In this document: one piece after another, positions 8,314-18,685 of the stretch
Position numbering within the stretch: position 1 is the stretch's first letter
Layout: each line of letters begins with the position of its first letter
NCBI GenBank assembly: GCA_963704435.1
Contig: OY969902.1
Span: 30,001 to 62,000 of the forward strand
Origin: an uncultured archaeon
GTDB lineage: Archaea; Micrarchaeota; Micrarchaeia; Micrarchaeales; CABMGC01
Direction of reading: 5' to 3'
DNA: 32,000 nt
Notes under the pieces: model-generated
The model's database searches: none
What the model was told of the DNA's origin: nothing
Seen by the model: only the letters and a program-made list of their open reading frames with translations
Made by a program: the position numbers and the translations under genes

Positions 8314-9609
8314 TCAGCCGATCTTGCTCTTGCCCATGTACGGCACGAGGACGTCTGGCACTGCGATGGTGCCGTCCTTGTTGACGTAGTTCTCGACTAT
8401 GCACGCAAGCGTCCTCTCGGCGCTTATCGCCGTGTTGTTGAGCGTGTAGACGTACTTGCGCTCCCCCTTCTCGTCGTACTTTATGTCCAGCCTCATGCTC
8501 TGCCACACGCCCGCGGTCGAGCACGATCCCAGCTCCCTGTAGGCCTTCTGGCCTGGGAAGTAACACTCAAAGTCGACGGTCTTTGACATCTGGTGCCCGG
8601 TGTCTCCGCTGCACAGCAGCACGAACTGGTACGGCAGGTTGAGCTCCTCAAGGAACTCCTGCGAGTTGGCGAGGAGCTCGTCGAAGTAGCGCCCGTCATC
8701 CTCCTGCCTGCAGTATATGAACTGCTCGACCTTGTCGAACTGGTGAACCCTGAATATTCCCTTCGTGTCCTTCCCGTGCGCACCCGCCTCCCTCCTGAAG
8801 GAAGGGCTGATTCCAGCGTACTTCAGCGGCAGGTCCTTTGCGGCGAAGACCTCTCCGGCGTGCATCGAGGCGAGCGCGTGCTCCGCGGTGCCGATGAGGA
8901 AGAGCTCCTCCTCCATGTGCTCCATCTCCTTCTTCGCCGTGACCTCGTTAGCCTCGGTTATCCTGTAGAGCGCATCCTCGAAGACGCTGAGCGGCGCTGC
9001 CCCCCTGAAGTATTTCTTCCTGAGCATGAACGGAGGAAGTATCGGCGTGTACCCCTTCTTCGCGAGCTTGTCGAGCGCGTACCTGAGCAGCGACTGCTCA
9101 AGGAGCACAAGGTCGCCCCTCAGGAAATAGAACCTAGTGCCGGTGGTCTTCGCGGCCCTCTCCATGTCGAGCAGCCCGAGCTTGGTGAGTATCTCCTCGT
9201 GGTTCGGCACTCCCTCGTTCCTTATCTCGCCCCATGTGCGCAGGATCTTGTTGGCCTCGGGCGGGTTCCCCACGGGCACTGACTTGTCAAGGATGTTCGG
9301 GGCGTTCCACAGCATGTCGTCCGCCTTCGCCTCGTAGCCCAGCAGCTCGGCCGACATGGTCTCTATCCTGGACTTCAGCTCGGCGAGCGCGGCGATGTTG
9401 CCCTTCACGTCCTGCCCCTTCTTCTTGAGCTCGGATATCTCTAGGCTCGCCTTGTTGTGCTTGGATTGCAGCTCCTGCAGTTCTGTCTTCGTACCCCTCC
9501 ACTTCTCATCGAGCTGGAGGAGCTCGTCAAGCGGGAACTTGCTGTTCCTATTTTTCAGCGTCTCGCGTATCTCAGCGAGATGTTCCCTGACGTATTTTGC
9601 CGTGAGCAT
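8314..9609 (-). CDS. serS: Seryl-tRNA synthetase (class II)
   Basis: MLTAKYVREHLAEIRETLKNRN coiled-coil arm; class II motifs including SPSFRREAGAHGKDTKGIFRVHQFDKVEQF and NNTAISAERTLACIVENY. The track start at 9663 is probably 18 codons too long: a minus-strand TTTATATT box sits between 9609 and 9663. Confidence 0.95.
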   Translation of the reverse strand: MLTAKYVREHLAEIRETLKNRNSKFPLDELLQLDEKWRGTKTELQELQSKHNKASLEISELKKKGQDVKGNIAALAELKSRIETMSAELLGYEAKADDMLWNAPNILDKSVPVGNPPEANKILRTWGEIRNEGVPNHEEILTKLGLLDMERAAKTTGTRFYFLRGDLVLLEQSLLRYALDKLAKKGYTPILPPFMLRKKYFRGAAPLSVFEDALYRITEANEVTAKKEMEHMEEELFLIGTAEHALASMHAGEVFAAKDLPLKYAGISPSFRREAGAHGKDTKGIFRVHQFDKVEQFIYCRQEDDGRYFDELLANSQEFLEELNLPYQFVLLCSGDTGHQMSKTVDFECYFPGQKAYRELGSCSTAGVWQSMRLDIKYDEKGERKYVYTLNNTAISAERTLACIVENYVNKDGTIAVPDVLVPYMGKSKIG

Positions 9610-9671
9610 GAAACCAATAATAGGTGGTAATGAAACAATATAAATCCTGTGTGCATAGGACATAATGCAAT

Positions 9672-9757
9672 GCAGGGGTGGCAGAGTTTGGCCAAATGCG
9701 GCGGGCTTAGGACCCGTTCCCTTTGTGGGTGCGAGAGTTCAAATCTCTCCCCCTGCA
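9672..9757 (+). tRNA. tRNA-Leu(UAG)
   Basis: GCAGGGG...CCCCTGC-A acceptor stem, anticodon stem-loop GCGGG-CTTAGGA-CCCGT (anticodon TAG), long variable arm (type II), T-arm GAGAG-TTCAAAT-CTCTC; no encoded CCA; 86 nt. Confidence 0.96.
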
Positions 9758-9814
9758 TGACCCTTTGGCCTTCTTCGCGCGCCGTTTTTATAGCTACCGA
9801 TTCTATTGTACTAC

Positions 9815-10525
9815 ATGAAGAGCGATGTCGCCATAAGCGTGATCATACCTGCGCTCAATGAGGAGAAGTACATCAGGTATGTTTTCGAGGGCCTCCGCAG
9901 CCAGACCTTCAAGGACTTCGAGACGATAGTGGTCGACGGGAACAGCACGGACCGGACCCGCGAGATCGCAAGGAAATACGCGCACGTGATCATAGACAAG
10001 CACAAGGGAATCGGAAGAGCGAGAAACAGCGGCGCGAAGGTGGCCAAGGGGGACCTGCTGGTATTCCTCGATGCGGATACCCGGCCTTCCAAGACCCTGC
10101 TCGAGACCTACCATAGAGCGTTCGCGAGCTCAGACATTTCCGCCGCGACTGGTCCCATACTGCCTCTCGAGAGGACCAAGAGGAGGGTGAACCTCGGATA
10201 TAAGTTCGTCTCGGTTCTGTTCGTGAAGACATCGATACTCTTCGGCAGGCCATCGATAGTGGGATTGAACTTCGCGGTCCGCAAGGGCATATTCGAGAAG
10301 GTAAAAGGCTTCAACGAGAGATACCAGACCTACGAAGATTGGGACCTGTCCCTGAGGATAAGGAAGCTTGGCAGGATAGCGTACCTCGACGACGCAGTCG
10401 TATACACTAGCGTCAGGAGGATCAAGGCATGGGGGGTGTCCGGCTTCTTCCTGTACCACACGCTCAACATATTCCGGTACCATCTTCTCGGGAAGCCGAA
10501 CGAGGAGTATGCACCCATAAGATAG
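9815..10525 (+). CDS. Glycosyltransferase family 2
   Basis: ISVIIPALNEEKYIRYVFEGLRSQTFKDFETIVVDGNSTDRT ... RARNSGAKVAKGDLLVFLDADT, canonical GT-A fold motifs. ATG at 9815 is preceded by a TTTTTATA box. Confidence 0.93.
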   Translation: MKSDVAISVIIPALNEEKYIRYVFEGLRSQTFKDFETIVVDGNSTDRTREIARKYAHVIIDKHKGIGRARNSGAKVAKGDLLVFLDADTRPSKTLLETYHRAFASSDISAATGPILPLERTKRRVNLGYKFVSVLFVKTSILFGRPSIVGLNFAVRKGIFEKVKGFNERYQTYEDWDLSLRIRKLGRIAYLDDAVVYTSVRRIKAWGVSGFFLYHTLNIFRYHLLGKPNEEYAPIR

Positions 10526-10527
10526 GC

Positions 10528-10535
10528 GCGTCTAC
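10528..10535. repeat. Left copy of 8-bp target site duplication GCGTCTAC
   Basis: Exact match to 11595-11602, flanking the IS termini. Confidence 0.85.
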
Positions 10536-11594
10536 TAGGGACTTGACAAATTTTAAGTCTTTGCACCCAATATGATTTCGGGGGTTTTCTCTTCTCTTTT
10601 TATCGTCGGGAAAATAAGGTCGTGAGTCTCCTGGACGGCCGATACGTCAGTGTATCGACCGCCTTGCCAGGAGTTGAAGACAATGGAAATCTATGAACTA
10701 AAGAATAAAATAATAGAAGTTTGGGCTGCGGCTAAGGTGATCGTGCAGAAGTTCGGGCATACGAGGAAGTTTGCGAAGCATCTTGTCGCCTTTGCGATAA
10801 GGCAACATGAGAATCTTACCGACGTAAGACTCGCGGAGTTCCTAGTCAGGGACCCGATAGGAAAGATCCTTGGTTACACGAGGAAGCCGCATCCGTCGAC
10901 CTTCTCGAAGGTGCGGGAACGGTCGGATGCGGAGATGTTTGCGGAACTGCACAACTGGATAGTGCAGGACCGGATGAAATCAAGGCAACTGCGACTTATC
11001 GTGCAGGACAGTACCGACGTCTTCGCATATTCGCGCAAGGACGGCGATGCGAGGTGGGGGCACAGAACTCCGTCAAGGAAAGAACAACTGATGCAAAACC
11101 TCGGCAATGGGAAAGAACTGTTCTTCGGTTATAAACCACATGTAATCGTAGAAGCCGAGACGGAAACGCCACTTGCAATTGAGGTCATACCTGCGAACAC
11201 AAACGACAAGAAGATGTTCTGGCCGCTGTACGACAGAGTAAAGAAGACCTTTCAACTGCAGTATCAGTCAAAATACATTGCGGATGCACAGTACCACGCA
11301 TCAGCGATAAGGATGCAGTTGCGCGACGATGGCCTAACTCCAGTAATCCCGAGAAGCGGCAACAAGTATCTGAAAACAGAGAACCCGAAGGATCCGGAGT
11401 ATGGGAAGAGGTGGGCCGTCGAACACCTCTTTGCAAGGTTGAAGGAGCTGTTCGGGCTTGCAAAGAACAGGTTCGTTGGCATAAAGAAGGTCAGGATTCA
11501 CGTGTTTTCCTGCCTCCTCGCAAACCTGATCGAATACGTGATGTGAAGGGGTTTGTATTTGACGAGGTGACTGAATGTAAATGTCAACTCCCTA
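10536..11594 (+). mobile_element. Complete insertion sequence, 1059 bp, DDE transposase type (IS5/IS4-like)
   Basis: 13-bp terminal inverted repeats with one mismatch (left TAGGGACTTGACA; right end TGTCAACTCCCTA, reverse complement TAGGGAGTTGACA) enclosing one transposase ORF and flanked by an exact 8-bp direct repeat GCGTCTAC. Confidence 0.93.
10682..11546 (+). CDS. Transposase, DDE superfamily (IS5/IS4-like)
   Basis: RLIVQDSTDVFAYSRK (first Asp region), KYIADAQYHASAIRMQLRDDGLTPVIP (second Asp region), WAVEHLFARLKELFGLAKNRFVGI (Glu region); lies within TIR/TSD boundaries. Confidence 0.9.
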
Positions 11595-11602
11595 GCGTCT
11601 AC
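11595..11602. repeat. Right copy of 8-bp target site duplication GCGTCTAC
   Basis: Exact match to 10528-10535. Confidence 0.85.
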
Positions 11603-11695
11603 CCCGAACCAATAGGTTATAAAGTTTGTTAGGCAATATCCATATGTTACTACGGAACATTTTGATTCTTAATCCAATAGCGACTGGTCGATAAA

Positions 11696-11881
11696 ATGGA
11701 ATATACTAAATTCGAGAAAGCGAGGATAATCGGCGCGAGGGCGCTGCAGCTCGCGTACGGCGCGCCTCCCCTGATAAAGGTACCTGAGGGCGTCTTCGAC
11801 CCACTGGTCCTGGCTGACATAGAGTACAAGGAGGGCGTCATACCGATATCGGTAATGAAGCCCAAGCAGGCGACTGGATGA
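11696..11881 (+). CDS. rpoK: DNA-directed RNA polymerase subunit K (Rpo6/Rpb6)
   Basis: YTKFEKARIIGARALQLAYGAPPLIKVPEGVFDPLVLADIEYKEGVIPISVMKP matches the conserved RpoK/Rpb6 core. Confidence 0.96.
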   Translation: MEYTKFEKARIIGARALQLAYGAPPLIKVPEGVFDPLVLADIEYKEGVIPISVMKPKQATG

Positions 11882-13317
11882 ATTCCGAATACGACGTCAT
11901 CGTAGCGGGAGCTGGCATAGCGGGGTCATTGGCGGCGATGGCTGCGGCCAAGAACGGCGCGAAAACCCTTCTCCTGGACAGGAACAACGAGATGGAGCCA
12001 GGGAAGAAGACTAACTGGGGGTGGGTCTGTGGGGACGCTGTCGCGAAATCGCACCTGACGTTCGTGCACAAGGAGCTTGGACTCAGCCTGTCTTCTCCGG
12101 AGTTGGAGCACGAGGTCAAGGCCGTGTATGCGCTCAGCCCCGACCTCAAGAACAAGTTCACGTTCGAGGGTGCCGGCTACATGCTGAACCGGCCGGAACT
12201 GGCCAGGAAGCTAGTCAAGTCCGCGGTCGCAAAGGGCGCTGAGTACCGGCCAGGCTACGAGGTCGAGGGGCCGCTGCTTGAGGACGGCGCTGTCGTCGGA
12301 GTCTTCGGCAGGGACGGCGACAAGAAGGAATACAAAATACGTTCGAAGCTCGTGATAGACTGCCTGGGAATGGCAAGCACGCTGAGGAGGAAGCTGCCTC
12401 CCAACGACTTCATAGAGAGGGACATCAAGATAGAGGACATAGAGTCCACGGGAAGGTACATAATGAACATCGAGGTCGTCAAGGAGGACCTGAACTACTA
12501 CGACCCGGACAACGCGATAATACACCTCAACCAGGAGATGGCTCCGGGAGGCTACGGCTGGGTCTTCCCGAGGAAGGGACGCAAGGTCAACATCGGAGTC
12601 GGTATCGAGAAGAAGAGCCTCGACGTCAGGAACGCCAAGCTCGGCAAGAAGGACACGTTGCACTCGCTGATAGACGGTTACGTTGAGTGGAACAGCGCGA
12701 TAAAGAGCACGGGGCTGGACGAGACCGACAAGAACGGCAAGGGCTACTGGCAGGTCTCCGTGAGGAGGCAGTTCGGCAGCCTTGTGTATGGGAACTACCT
12801 CGGCGCCGGGGACTCTGTCGCCATGCCGAACCCCGTGAGCGCGGGCGGGATAGGCCCTGCGATGGTCGCCGGCACGCTCGCGGGACAGGTCGCTGCCGAA
12901 GCCATACAGGAAGGAGACACAAGCATGGACCGGCTGTGGAAGTACAACCTGAAGTTCAACGAGCTCTACGGGAGCAAGACCGCGGCGCTCGAGGCGTTCA
13001 GGGTCTACCTGCAGTCGCTGAACAACGACCTGATAAACTACGGCATGAGCCACTTCATCACCAAGGACGAGGCAGAGAAGCTAGCGTACGGGCTGGTCCC
13101 GGAGATGACTATAGCCAGCACGTTCCAGAAGATACTGAGCGGCGTCTCAAACATAAACGCGTTCAAGAACCTTCTATTCACAGTCAACAAGATGAAGAAG
13201 CTAACCGCGCTCTACGAGAATTACCCGAAGGACGTATCTGCGTTCAAGGCGTGGAACGAAACTGTGACCAAGGAAATGAAGGAAGTGAAGGAGAGGTTCC
13301 CCGCGAATCCAGTATAG
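11878..13317 (+). CDS. Geranylgeranyl reductase family FAD-dependent oxidoreductase (probable archaeal lipid reductase)
   Basis: DVIVAGAGIAGSLAAMAAAKNGAKTLLLDR dinucleotide-binding motif, GGYGWVFPRKGRKVNIGVGI, GDSVAMPNPVSAGGIGPAMVAG; 4-bp overlap with rpoK. Confidence 0.88.
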   Translation: MNSEYDVIVAGAGIAGSLAAMAAAKNGAKTLLLDRNNEMEPGKKTNWGWVCGDAVAKSHLTFVHKELGLSLSSPELEHEVKAVYALSPDLKNKFTFEGAGYMLNRPELARKLVKSAVAKGAEYRPGYEVEGPLLEDGAVVGVFGRDGDKKEYKIRSKLVIDCLGMASTLRRKLPPNDFIERDIKIEDIESTGRYIMNIEVVKEDLNYYDPDNAIIHLNQEMAPGGYGWVFPRKGRKVNIGVGIEKKSLDVRNAKLGKKDTLHSLIDGYVEWNSAIKSTGLDETDKNGKGYWQVSVRRQFGSLVYGNYLGAGDSVAMPNPVSAGGIGPAMVAGTLAGQVAAEAIQEGDTSMDRLWKYNLKFNELYGSKTAALEAFRVYLQSLNNDLINYGMSHFITKDEAEKLAYGLVPEMTIASTFQKILSGVSNINAFKNLLFTVNKMKKLTALYENYPKDVSAFKAWNETVTKEMKEVKERFPANPV

Positions 13318-13334
13318 TCGCAGGCATCTGGCTT

Positions 13335-14054
13335 CTATTTTTCTACCGTGCGCTTCTTTAGATTTAGGTCATATGCGACGGAACTCTTCCAGTCGAAGAC
13401 TCCCTGCCTGAACGGCAGTATGCTCTTTGCCATCTCCTCCCTTATCAGAGTCCCCGGCACTAGGTCGTTGAACGACGGCTCGATTATGAGCCGTATGTCT
13501 CTGTTGCCTCTCTCGTATCTGTCCCTGATTTTCCTTCCCGCCTCAGCGACGAGCCACGCCCTCTCCTTGACTCCGCCGCTCTCTATCGCGAAATGGAAGT
13601 GCGCCGTGATGAGATATCTCTGACGCATCGCTTCCTCGGAGGGCCACGCGTTCCCGTGCACCATTGCGACCTCTCCAACAATCACCTCCCTCTCTATAGG
13701 CGCGCTGAGGCTGATGTTCTTGAACACCCTGTCCAGGTTGCCGTCGTGGTTCCCCCTCGCGACTGTGATGTCGATTCCTTTCAATGCGCCGAAGAACCTC
13801 TCCAGCTCCTTGAATTCGGCGAATCGCGGGTAGCCTATGCTCTGCTTCACGTCCCCGAGTATCACCAGCCTCTTCGCCCCCGTTTCCCCATAGATCTTGA
13901 GGAGCCGCGCAGCCATCTTTTCTGTCGCGCCCTGGAAGAGTATGCCCGAGCTCCTGTACTCCAGGTCGAGCCCTATGTGCAGGTCGCCTACGACCAGCAC
14001 CTTCTCCCTCCTTATCAGGAGGGCGGGCGCGCCACGTATCATCGAGACGAGCAT
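13335..14054 (-). CDS. Metallophosphoesterase (calcineurin-like, archaeal ICC/YfcE-type)
   Basis: VLVVGDLHIGLD, LVILGDVKQ, VARGNHDGN, VHGNAWP metal-binding motifs. Confidence 0.88.
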   Translation of the reverse strand: MLVSMIRGAPALLIRREKVLVVGDLHIGLDLEYRSSGILFQGATEKMAARLLKIYGETGAKRLVILGDVKQSIGYPRFAEFKELERFFGALKGIDITVARGNHDGNLDRVFKNISLSAPIEREVIVGEVAMVHGNAWPSEEAMRQRYLITAHFHFAIESGGVKERAWLVAEAGRKIRDRYERGNRDIRLIIEPSFNDLVPGTLIREEMAKSILPFRQGVFDWKSSVAYDLNLKKRTVEK

Positions 14055-14126
14055 GGTATCGGTTAGATATCGCGAGCGGGTTTAATATTTTATGCTGTTC
14101 ATTCCTATCGGAAAAGGGTAGCTCAG

Positions 14127-15197
14127 ATGGCGCAGTCCTACAAGATAGGGAAGATCTTCGGCATAGACATCGAGCTCCACTGGACGTTCATAATACTGAT
14201 GCTGTTCACCCTGCTGCTGAGCACCTACCTGTTCGTGCTGATACTGCTCCTGTTCGTGTGCGTCATGGTGCACGAGCTTACGCACTCCGTGACTTCGCTG
14301 CGCAACGGCGTGAAGGTGAAGAAGATCATACTCCTGCCGATAGGCGGAGCGTCGATAATAGACGAGACAAAGCTCAGCCCGGAGAAGGAGTTCGGGATCG
14401 CGATATCCGGGCCGCTCATGAGCCTCTTCCTGGGCTGCGCGTTCGGAGTTGGCGTGATATTCGCGCCGGCAGGCACCGCGAACATGCTGTTCCAGTACCT
14501 GTTCGAGATAAACCTGCTGCTGGGGGTGTTCAACCTGCTGCCCGCGTTCCCCACTGACGGCGGAAGGGTGTTCAGGAGCTGGATGGAAAGGAAGCACAAC
14601 GAGTACGATGCTACGATGATTACCGTAACAGCGAGCAAGTGGGTCATGGCACTTTTCATCATAGGAACCGTCGTATACCTCGCACTGATAAGCGCGCCGC
14701 TCTACTACAAGGAGTTCACCCTGCTCTGGGACCTGGTGGTCGTCGTCTTCCTATACGGAGGGGCGGTGGCCGAGAGGCAGACCGCGGTGCTAAGGAAGGA
14801 GGCGAAGGGAGTCGGCATAGGAGGCGCGGTGAGCAGCCACTTCCGGCTCGTGCCTCCGGACAGCACGGTCGCCGAGCTGTACGCGCTGGTGAGGAAGACT
14901 AAGGAGCACGTGCTGATCACGAAACTCGGCGAGGATTTCGCTTACGTCAACCTGATGGCGAAGGTGAAGCCGGGGACTGCCAAGCGCGCAGCGGACCTGG
15001 CGGTGAAGATCCCAAGCATCACGGCCAAGACAGGCATCGTCGAGGCCATCCAGACGATGGAGAATGCCGAGTCAGGGATCGCCGTGGTCATGAGCCGCGG
15101 CAGGCTCGCAGGCGTGCTCACGATGTCGAGCCTGCAGACCTTCCTGGCGCTGCACGTGCTCAACAAGCGCAATCCTGCGGCGCTCCCTGCGAAGTGA
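14127..15197 (+). CDS. Site-2 protease family (M50) membrane metalloprotease with C-terminal CBS domains
   Basis: VMVHELTHSVTSLRNG (HExxH), NLLPAFPTDGGRVFRSW (NxxPxxPxDGG), C-terminal CBS-like repeats (VEAIQTMENAESGIAVVMSRGRLAGVLTMSSL). Confidence 0.9.
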   Translation: MAQSYKIGKIFGIDIELHWTFIILMLFTLLLSTYLFVLILLLFVCVMVHELTHSVTSLRNGVKVKKIILLPIGGASIIDETKLSPEKEFGIAISGPLMSLFLGCAFGVGVIFAPAGTANMLFQYLFEINLLLGVFNLLPAFPTDGGRVFRSWMERKHNEYDATMITVTASKWVMALFIIGTVVYLALISAPLYYKEFTLLWDLVVVVFLYGGAVAERQTAVLRKEAKGVGIGGAVSSHFRLVPPDSTVAELYALVRKTKEHVLITKLGEDFAYVNLMAKVKPGTAKRAADLAVKIPSITAKTGIVEAIQTMENAESGIAVVMSRGRLAGVLTMSSLQTFLALHVLNKRNPAALPAK

Positions 15198-15271
15198 CGC
15201 GTGTCGTCGCTCCCCATGAGAAAGAATTTAAAGCATAGAACCCCAATAGCCGTGCGACCACAGGTGTATCG

Positions 15272-18200
15272 GTGCTATACCTAAAATCACTCAGCATGGA
15301 CAGGTTCAAGTCGTTCAAGCACGTAAACCTACTTTTCAACAAGGGCTTCAACTGCGTCGTAGGTCCAAACGGCTCCGGGAAGAGCAATATCTGCGACGCG
15401 ATACTCTTCGGGCTCGGCGAGGGCTCGCTCAGGAGACTCAGGGTCAACAGGCTCGAGTACCTGATAAGCACAGGGAAAGCCAAGAAGAAGGTGGGATCAC
15501 TCGCCAAGGCATACGTCAGGCTCGAGTTCTCCGGGGACGAAGACATAACGCTCGTCAGGGGCGTGCGCGCCGACGGCAAGACTGCCTACAAGCTCAACGG
15601 GAAGCGCATGACGCGGCAGGAGGTGCTCGAGGTGCTGAAGAAGCACAACGTCCATTCCGACGAGACGAGCACCATCGCGCAGGGAGAGATAAACAAGCTG
15701 ATAGACCTGAACCCGAAGGAGAGGCGCGAGCTGCTTGAGCTCGCATCCGGGATAAAGGAGTTCGAGTACAAGAGGGGCGAGGCGATGTCCGAGCTCGATA
15801 AGGTTAGCGCGAAGGTCGGCGAGGCCCAGGTGGCGCTCGGCGAGAGGACGGCCTTCCTAAAGGAGCTCGAGAAGGAGAAGCTGGCCGCTGAGAGCTACCT
15901 CGCCATGACGAAGAGGCTCAAGGCGCTCAACTACAGCGTGCTCAGCAAGCGCGGGGTCGCGGTGCAGCAGGCCCTCGACGCGTATTCAAATGACGCGGAG
16001 GCGCTCGCCGCCAAGAGGAAGTCGGCGGACGCGGAGCTGTCGTCGCTCTCCGGCAAGGCGGCTGCGCTGTCCGAGGAGAGGCAGGGGCTCACGAAGGTCC
16101 TCAGCGAGAGCAGCGGTGCGATGTCCGGCATCAACAAGAAGCTTGAGGAGATGGGCAGGGAGCTCAGCGCTATCGACGTCAGGATGGGTAACTCGGCCGC
16201 GAGCGTCTCCGAATGCGAGAAGCGGATCGCGGAGGCTGCGAAGGGCGCGAAGGACGTCGGAGACCAGATAGGGCAGAACGATGCCGAGATCAAGTCGCTT
16301 AAGAAGAAGGTCGACGCGCTCGAATCAGAGGCGAAGAAGCTCGGCGCGGCCTCGTCGGGCTCGGATGCGGCAGAGAAGACGGCCAGGCTCAAGGAGGCAA
16401 GCGACGAGGTGCAGCGGCTGGAGCGGGAGGTCGCAGCCCTGCAAGAAAGCGTATCGGAGCTCAACGCGTCCAGGGCGGCGTTCGGCTCGACGAAGCTGGG
16501 CTGCGCGAAGGAGCTCGATGGCCTGCGGGCCGAGCTCGCCGAGGCGGAGAAGGCGCTCTCCCTCTCGTCAGCGGGCGCGAAGGACCAGAAGGGTCGGAAG
16601 GAGCACGCTGAGGCGCAGCTGAAGAAGACCGAGGCCAGCATCATCCAGGCCGACGCGGCGCTATCGAAGGCGGACAGCGACATAATCGCGCTCAGGGAGC
16701 AGCGCGCGATGTCGAGGTCGAGGGAGGGCGCGATGCAGGAGAGGCTCAGGACAGCGTTCGGCAAGGGCTCGGGGTTCTACGGCACGGCCGCGGAGCTGTG
16801 CAGCTACGAGGGCAAGTACGCGCTCGGAGTCGAGGCGGCAGCCGGGGGCAGGTTCAACTATTTCGTCGTGGACTCCGTCGACGTAGCGTCGAAGATCATA
16901 GACTACCTGAAGAGGCAGAACCTGGGGAGGGCAACATTCATACCTCTGCAGGAGCTCGTCACCGAGGCCAGGAAGAGGAGGGTCGCCGAGATCGACGGAG
17001 CAACGCCGCTGGTGAGCCTGCTCAGCTTCGAAGCGAAGTTCGGCAAGGTCTTCGATTATCTCTTCAACGACACGTATCTCGTCGACACTGTGGCCGACGC
17101 GAAGCGGCTGGGGATCGGGGAGCGCAGGTACGCTACGATGACAGGGGAGACCGTGGAGCGGTCGGGCGTGCTGTCCGGAGGCTCCGCGCCCAGGTCAGCG
17201 GCGTCGCTTGTGTCCATCGACAAGAGGCTCGCGGACCTCGAGGAGGAGAGGAAGAGGCTCCACGAGGACGGCAAGGGCCTGGGCGAGGTCGCGTTCGAGC
17301 TGAGGAAGGAGCTCGCGGCCATCGAGATGGAGTCCGGGTCGGCGCGCGCCTCGGCCGCGGACATGGAGTCGCGGATAAAGGGCATCCGCGCACGCATCGC
17401 AGGGTCGCAGTCCGAGCTGTCCGACGCTGAATCGGGGCTCGGCAAGGCCGACGCAGGGCTGCAGTCCCTCGCGAAGGACCTGAAGTCAAAGTCAGAGACG
17501 CTCGCAAGAAGCAGGAAGGAGCTCTCTGACGGTTACGGCGAGACGCTCAAGGAATCGGCTGCCGCCGCGAAGGGCGGAGCCAAGGGCGCTGAGATAGAGG
17601 CCATCAGGAAGGAGGCGGAGGGCCTGAGGATAAGGAGCGCAGAGCTGCAGAAGGAGAGCAAGATGCTGGCGCAGAACCGGTCCGCGCTACTCGCGGACGC
17701 GAAATCCAAGGAGGACGAGAGGGCCAAGGCCCGCGCCGCGCTGTCGGGGGACACTAAACGCAAGGCGGAGCTCGAGAAGGCCAGGGAGAAGATAGAGCAG
17801 GAGATAAAGAGCAGCAACAAGTCGAACAAGGACGCCTACGAGCGGCTCAATGCCATAGAGGCGGAGCTCCTCACGATGAGCAAGGAGCAGGGCAGGCTGA
17901 GCGCGGGCGCTGAGGACATCGCGCGGAGGATGTCCGAGCTCGACGTGAAGAAGGGCCAGATGGAGGTCAGGATCAATGACATAAGGGCGGAGCTGTCGGC
18001 GTACGGAGGCATGGAGTCGGAGATGGTCTCCGGCGACATAGAGAAGCTGGAGCGCGAGGCGGGCACGCTCGGAGCGAGGATCGAAGGCCTTGGCAGCGTG
18101 AACATGAAGGCGCCGGAGATATACGAGGAGAAGCGCAAGAGCGTCGAGGAGGCGAGCGCGAAGGTCGACACCCTCGAGGCCGAGAGGAGGGCGGTCATCG

Positions 18201-18685
18201 CGATGATCGACGAGATATCGTCGAAGAAGCTGAACGCGTTCATGGCCACTTTCGAGGAGGTCAACAAGAACTTCGCCAAGCTCTACAGCCACATCTTCGC
18301 GGGATCCGCGGCCATAGAGCTGCAGAACCCGTCGAGCCCGCTGGAGGGCGGAGTGGAGATAAAGCTCGACGAGGGCAAGTCGCAGAAGAGGGTCGGCTCG
18401 CTATCCGGCGGGCAGAAGTCGCTCATATCGCTCGCACTGCTCTTCGCGATCCACATGTGCAAGCCGTCGTCGCTCTACGTGTTCGACGAGATAGACGCGG
18501 CGCTCGACAAGGAGAACTCGAAGAGGCTGTCGCAGCTCATAAAGGAGCTGGCAAGGCAGGCGCAGTTCGTGGTGGTTAGCCACAACGATTCGCTGATAGT
18601 CAATGCCGACGCGGCGATAGGCGTCGTCAAGGCGGAGGACGAGTCGAAGGTGGTCGGCATAGAGATTGCCGCGGTGAATAAATGA
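15272..18685 (+). CDS. smc: Chromosome segregation protein SMC
   Basis: Walker A GPNGSGKSNICDAILFGLG; long coiled coils; hinge with GRFNYFVVDSVDVASKIIDYLKRQNLGRATFIPL; SLSGGQKSLISLALLFAI and LYVFDEIDAALD. GTG start. Confidence 0.97.
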   Translation: MLYLKSLSMDRFKSFKHVNLLFNKGFNCVVGPNGSGKSNICDAILFGLGEGSLRRLRVNRLEYLISTGKAKKKVGSLAKAYVRLEFSGDEDITLVRGVRADGKTAYKLNGKRMTRQEVLEVLKKHNVHSDETSTIAQGEINKLIDLNPKERRELLELASGIKEFEYKRGEAMSELDKVSAKVGEAQVALGERTAFLKELEKEKLAAESYLAMTKRLKALNYSVLSKRGVAVQQALDAYSNDAEALAAKRKSADAELSSLSGKAAALSEERQGLTKVLSESSGAMSGINKKLEEMGRELSAIDVRMGNSAASVSECEKRIAEAAKGAKDVGDQIGQNDAEIKSLKKKVDALESEAKKLGAASSGSDAAEKTARLKEASDEVQRLEREVAALQESVSELNASRAAFGSTKLGCAKELDGLRAELAEAEKALSLSSAGAKDQKGRKEHAEAQLKKTEASIIQADAALSKADSDIIALREQRAMSRSREGAMQERLRTAFGKGSGFYGTAAELCSYEGKYALGVEAAAGGRFNYFVVDSVDVASKIIDYLKRQNLGRATFIPLQELVTEARKRRVAEIDGATPLVSLLSFEAKFGKVFDYLFNDTYLVDTVADAKRLGIGERRYATMTGETVERSGVLSGGSAPRSAASLVSIDKRLADLEEERKRLHEDGKGLGEVAFELRKELAAIEMESGSARASAADMESRIKGIRARIAGSQSELSDAESGLGKADAGLQSLAKDLKSKSETLARSRKELSDGYGETLKESAAAAKGGAKGAEIEAIRKEAEGLRIRSAELQKESKMLAQNRSALLADAKSKEDERAKARAALSGDTKRKAELEKAREKIEQEIKSSNKSNKDAYERLNAIEAELLTMSKEQGRLSAGAEDIARRMSELDVKKGQMEVRINDIRAELSAYGGMESEMVSGDIEKLEREAGTLGARIEGLGSVNMKAPEIYEEKRKSVEEASAKVDTLEAERRAVIAMIDEISSKKLNAFMATFEEVNKNFAKLYSHIFAGSAAIELQNPSSPLEGGVEIKLDEGKSQKRVGSLSGGQKSLISLALLFAIHMCKPSSLYVFDEIDAALDKENSKRLSQLIKELARQAQFVVVSHNDSLIVNADAAIGVVKAEDESKVVGIEIAAVNK

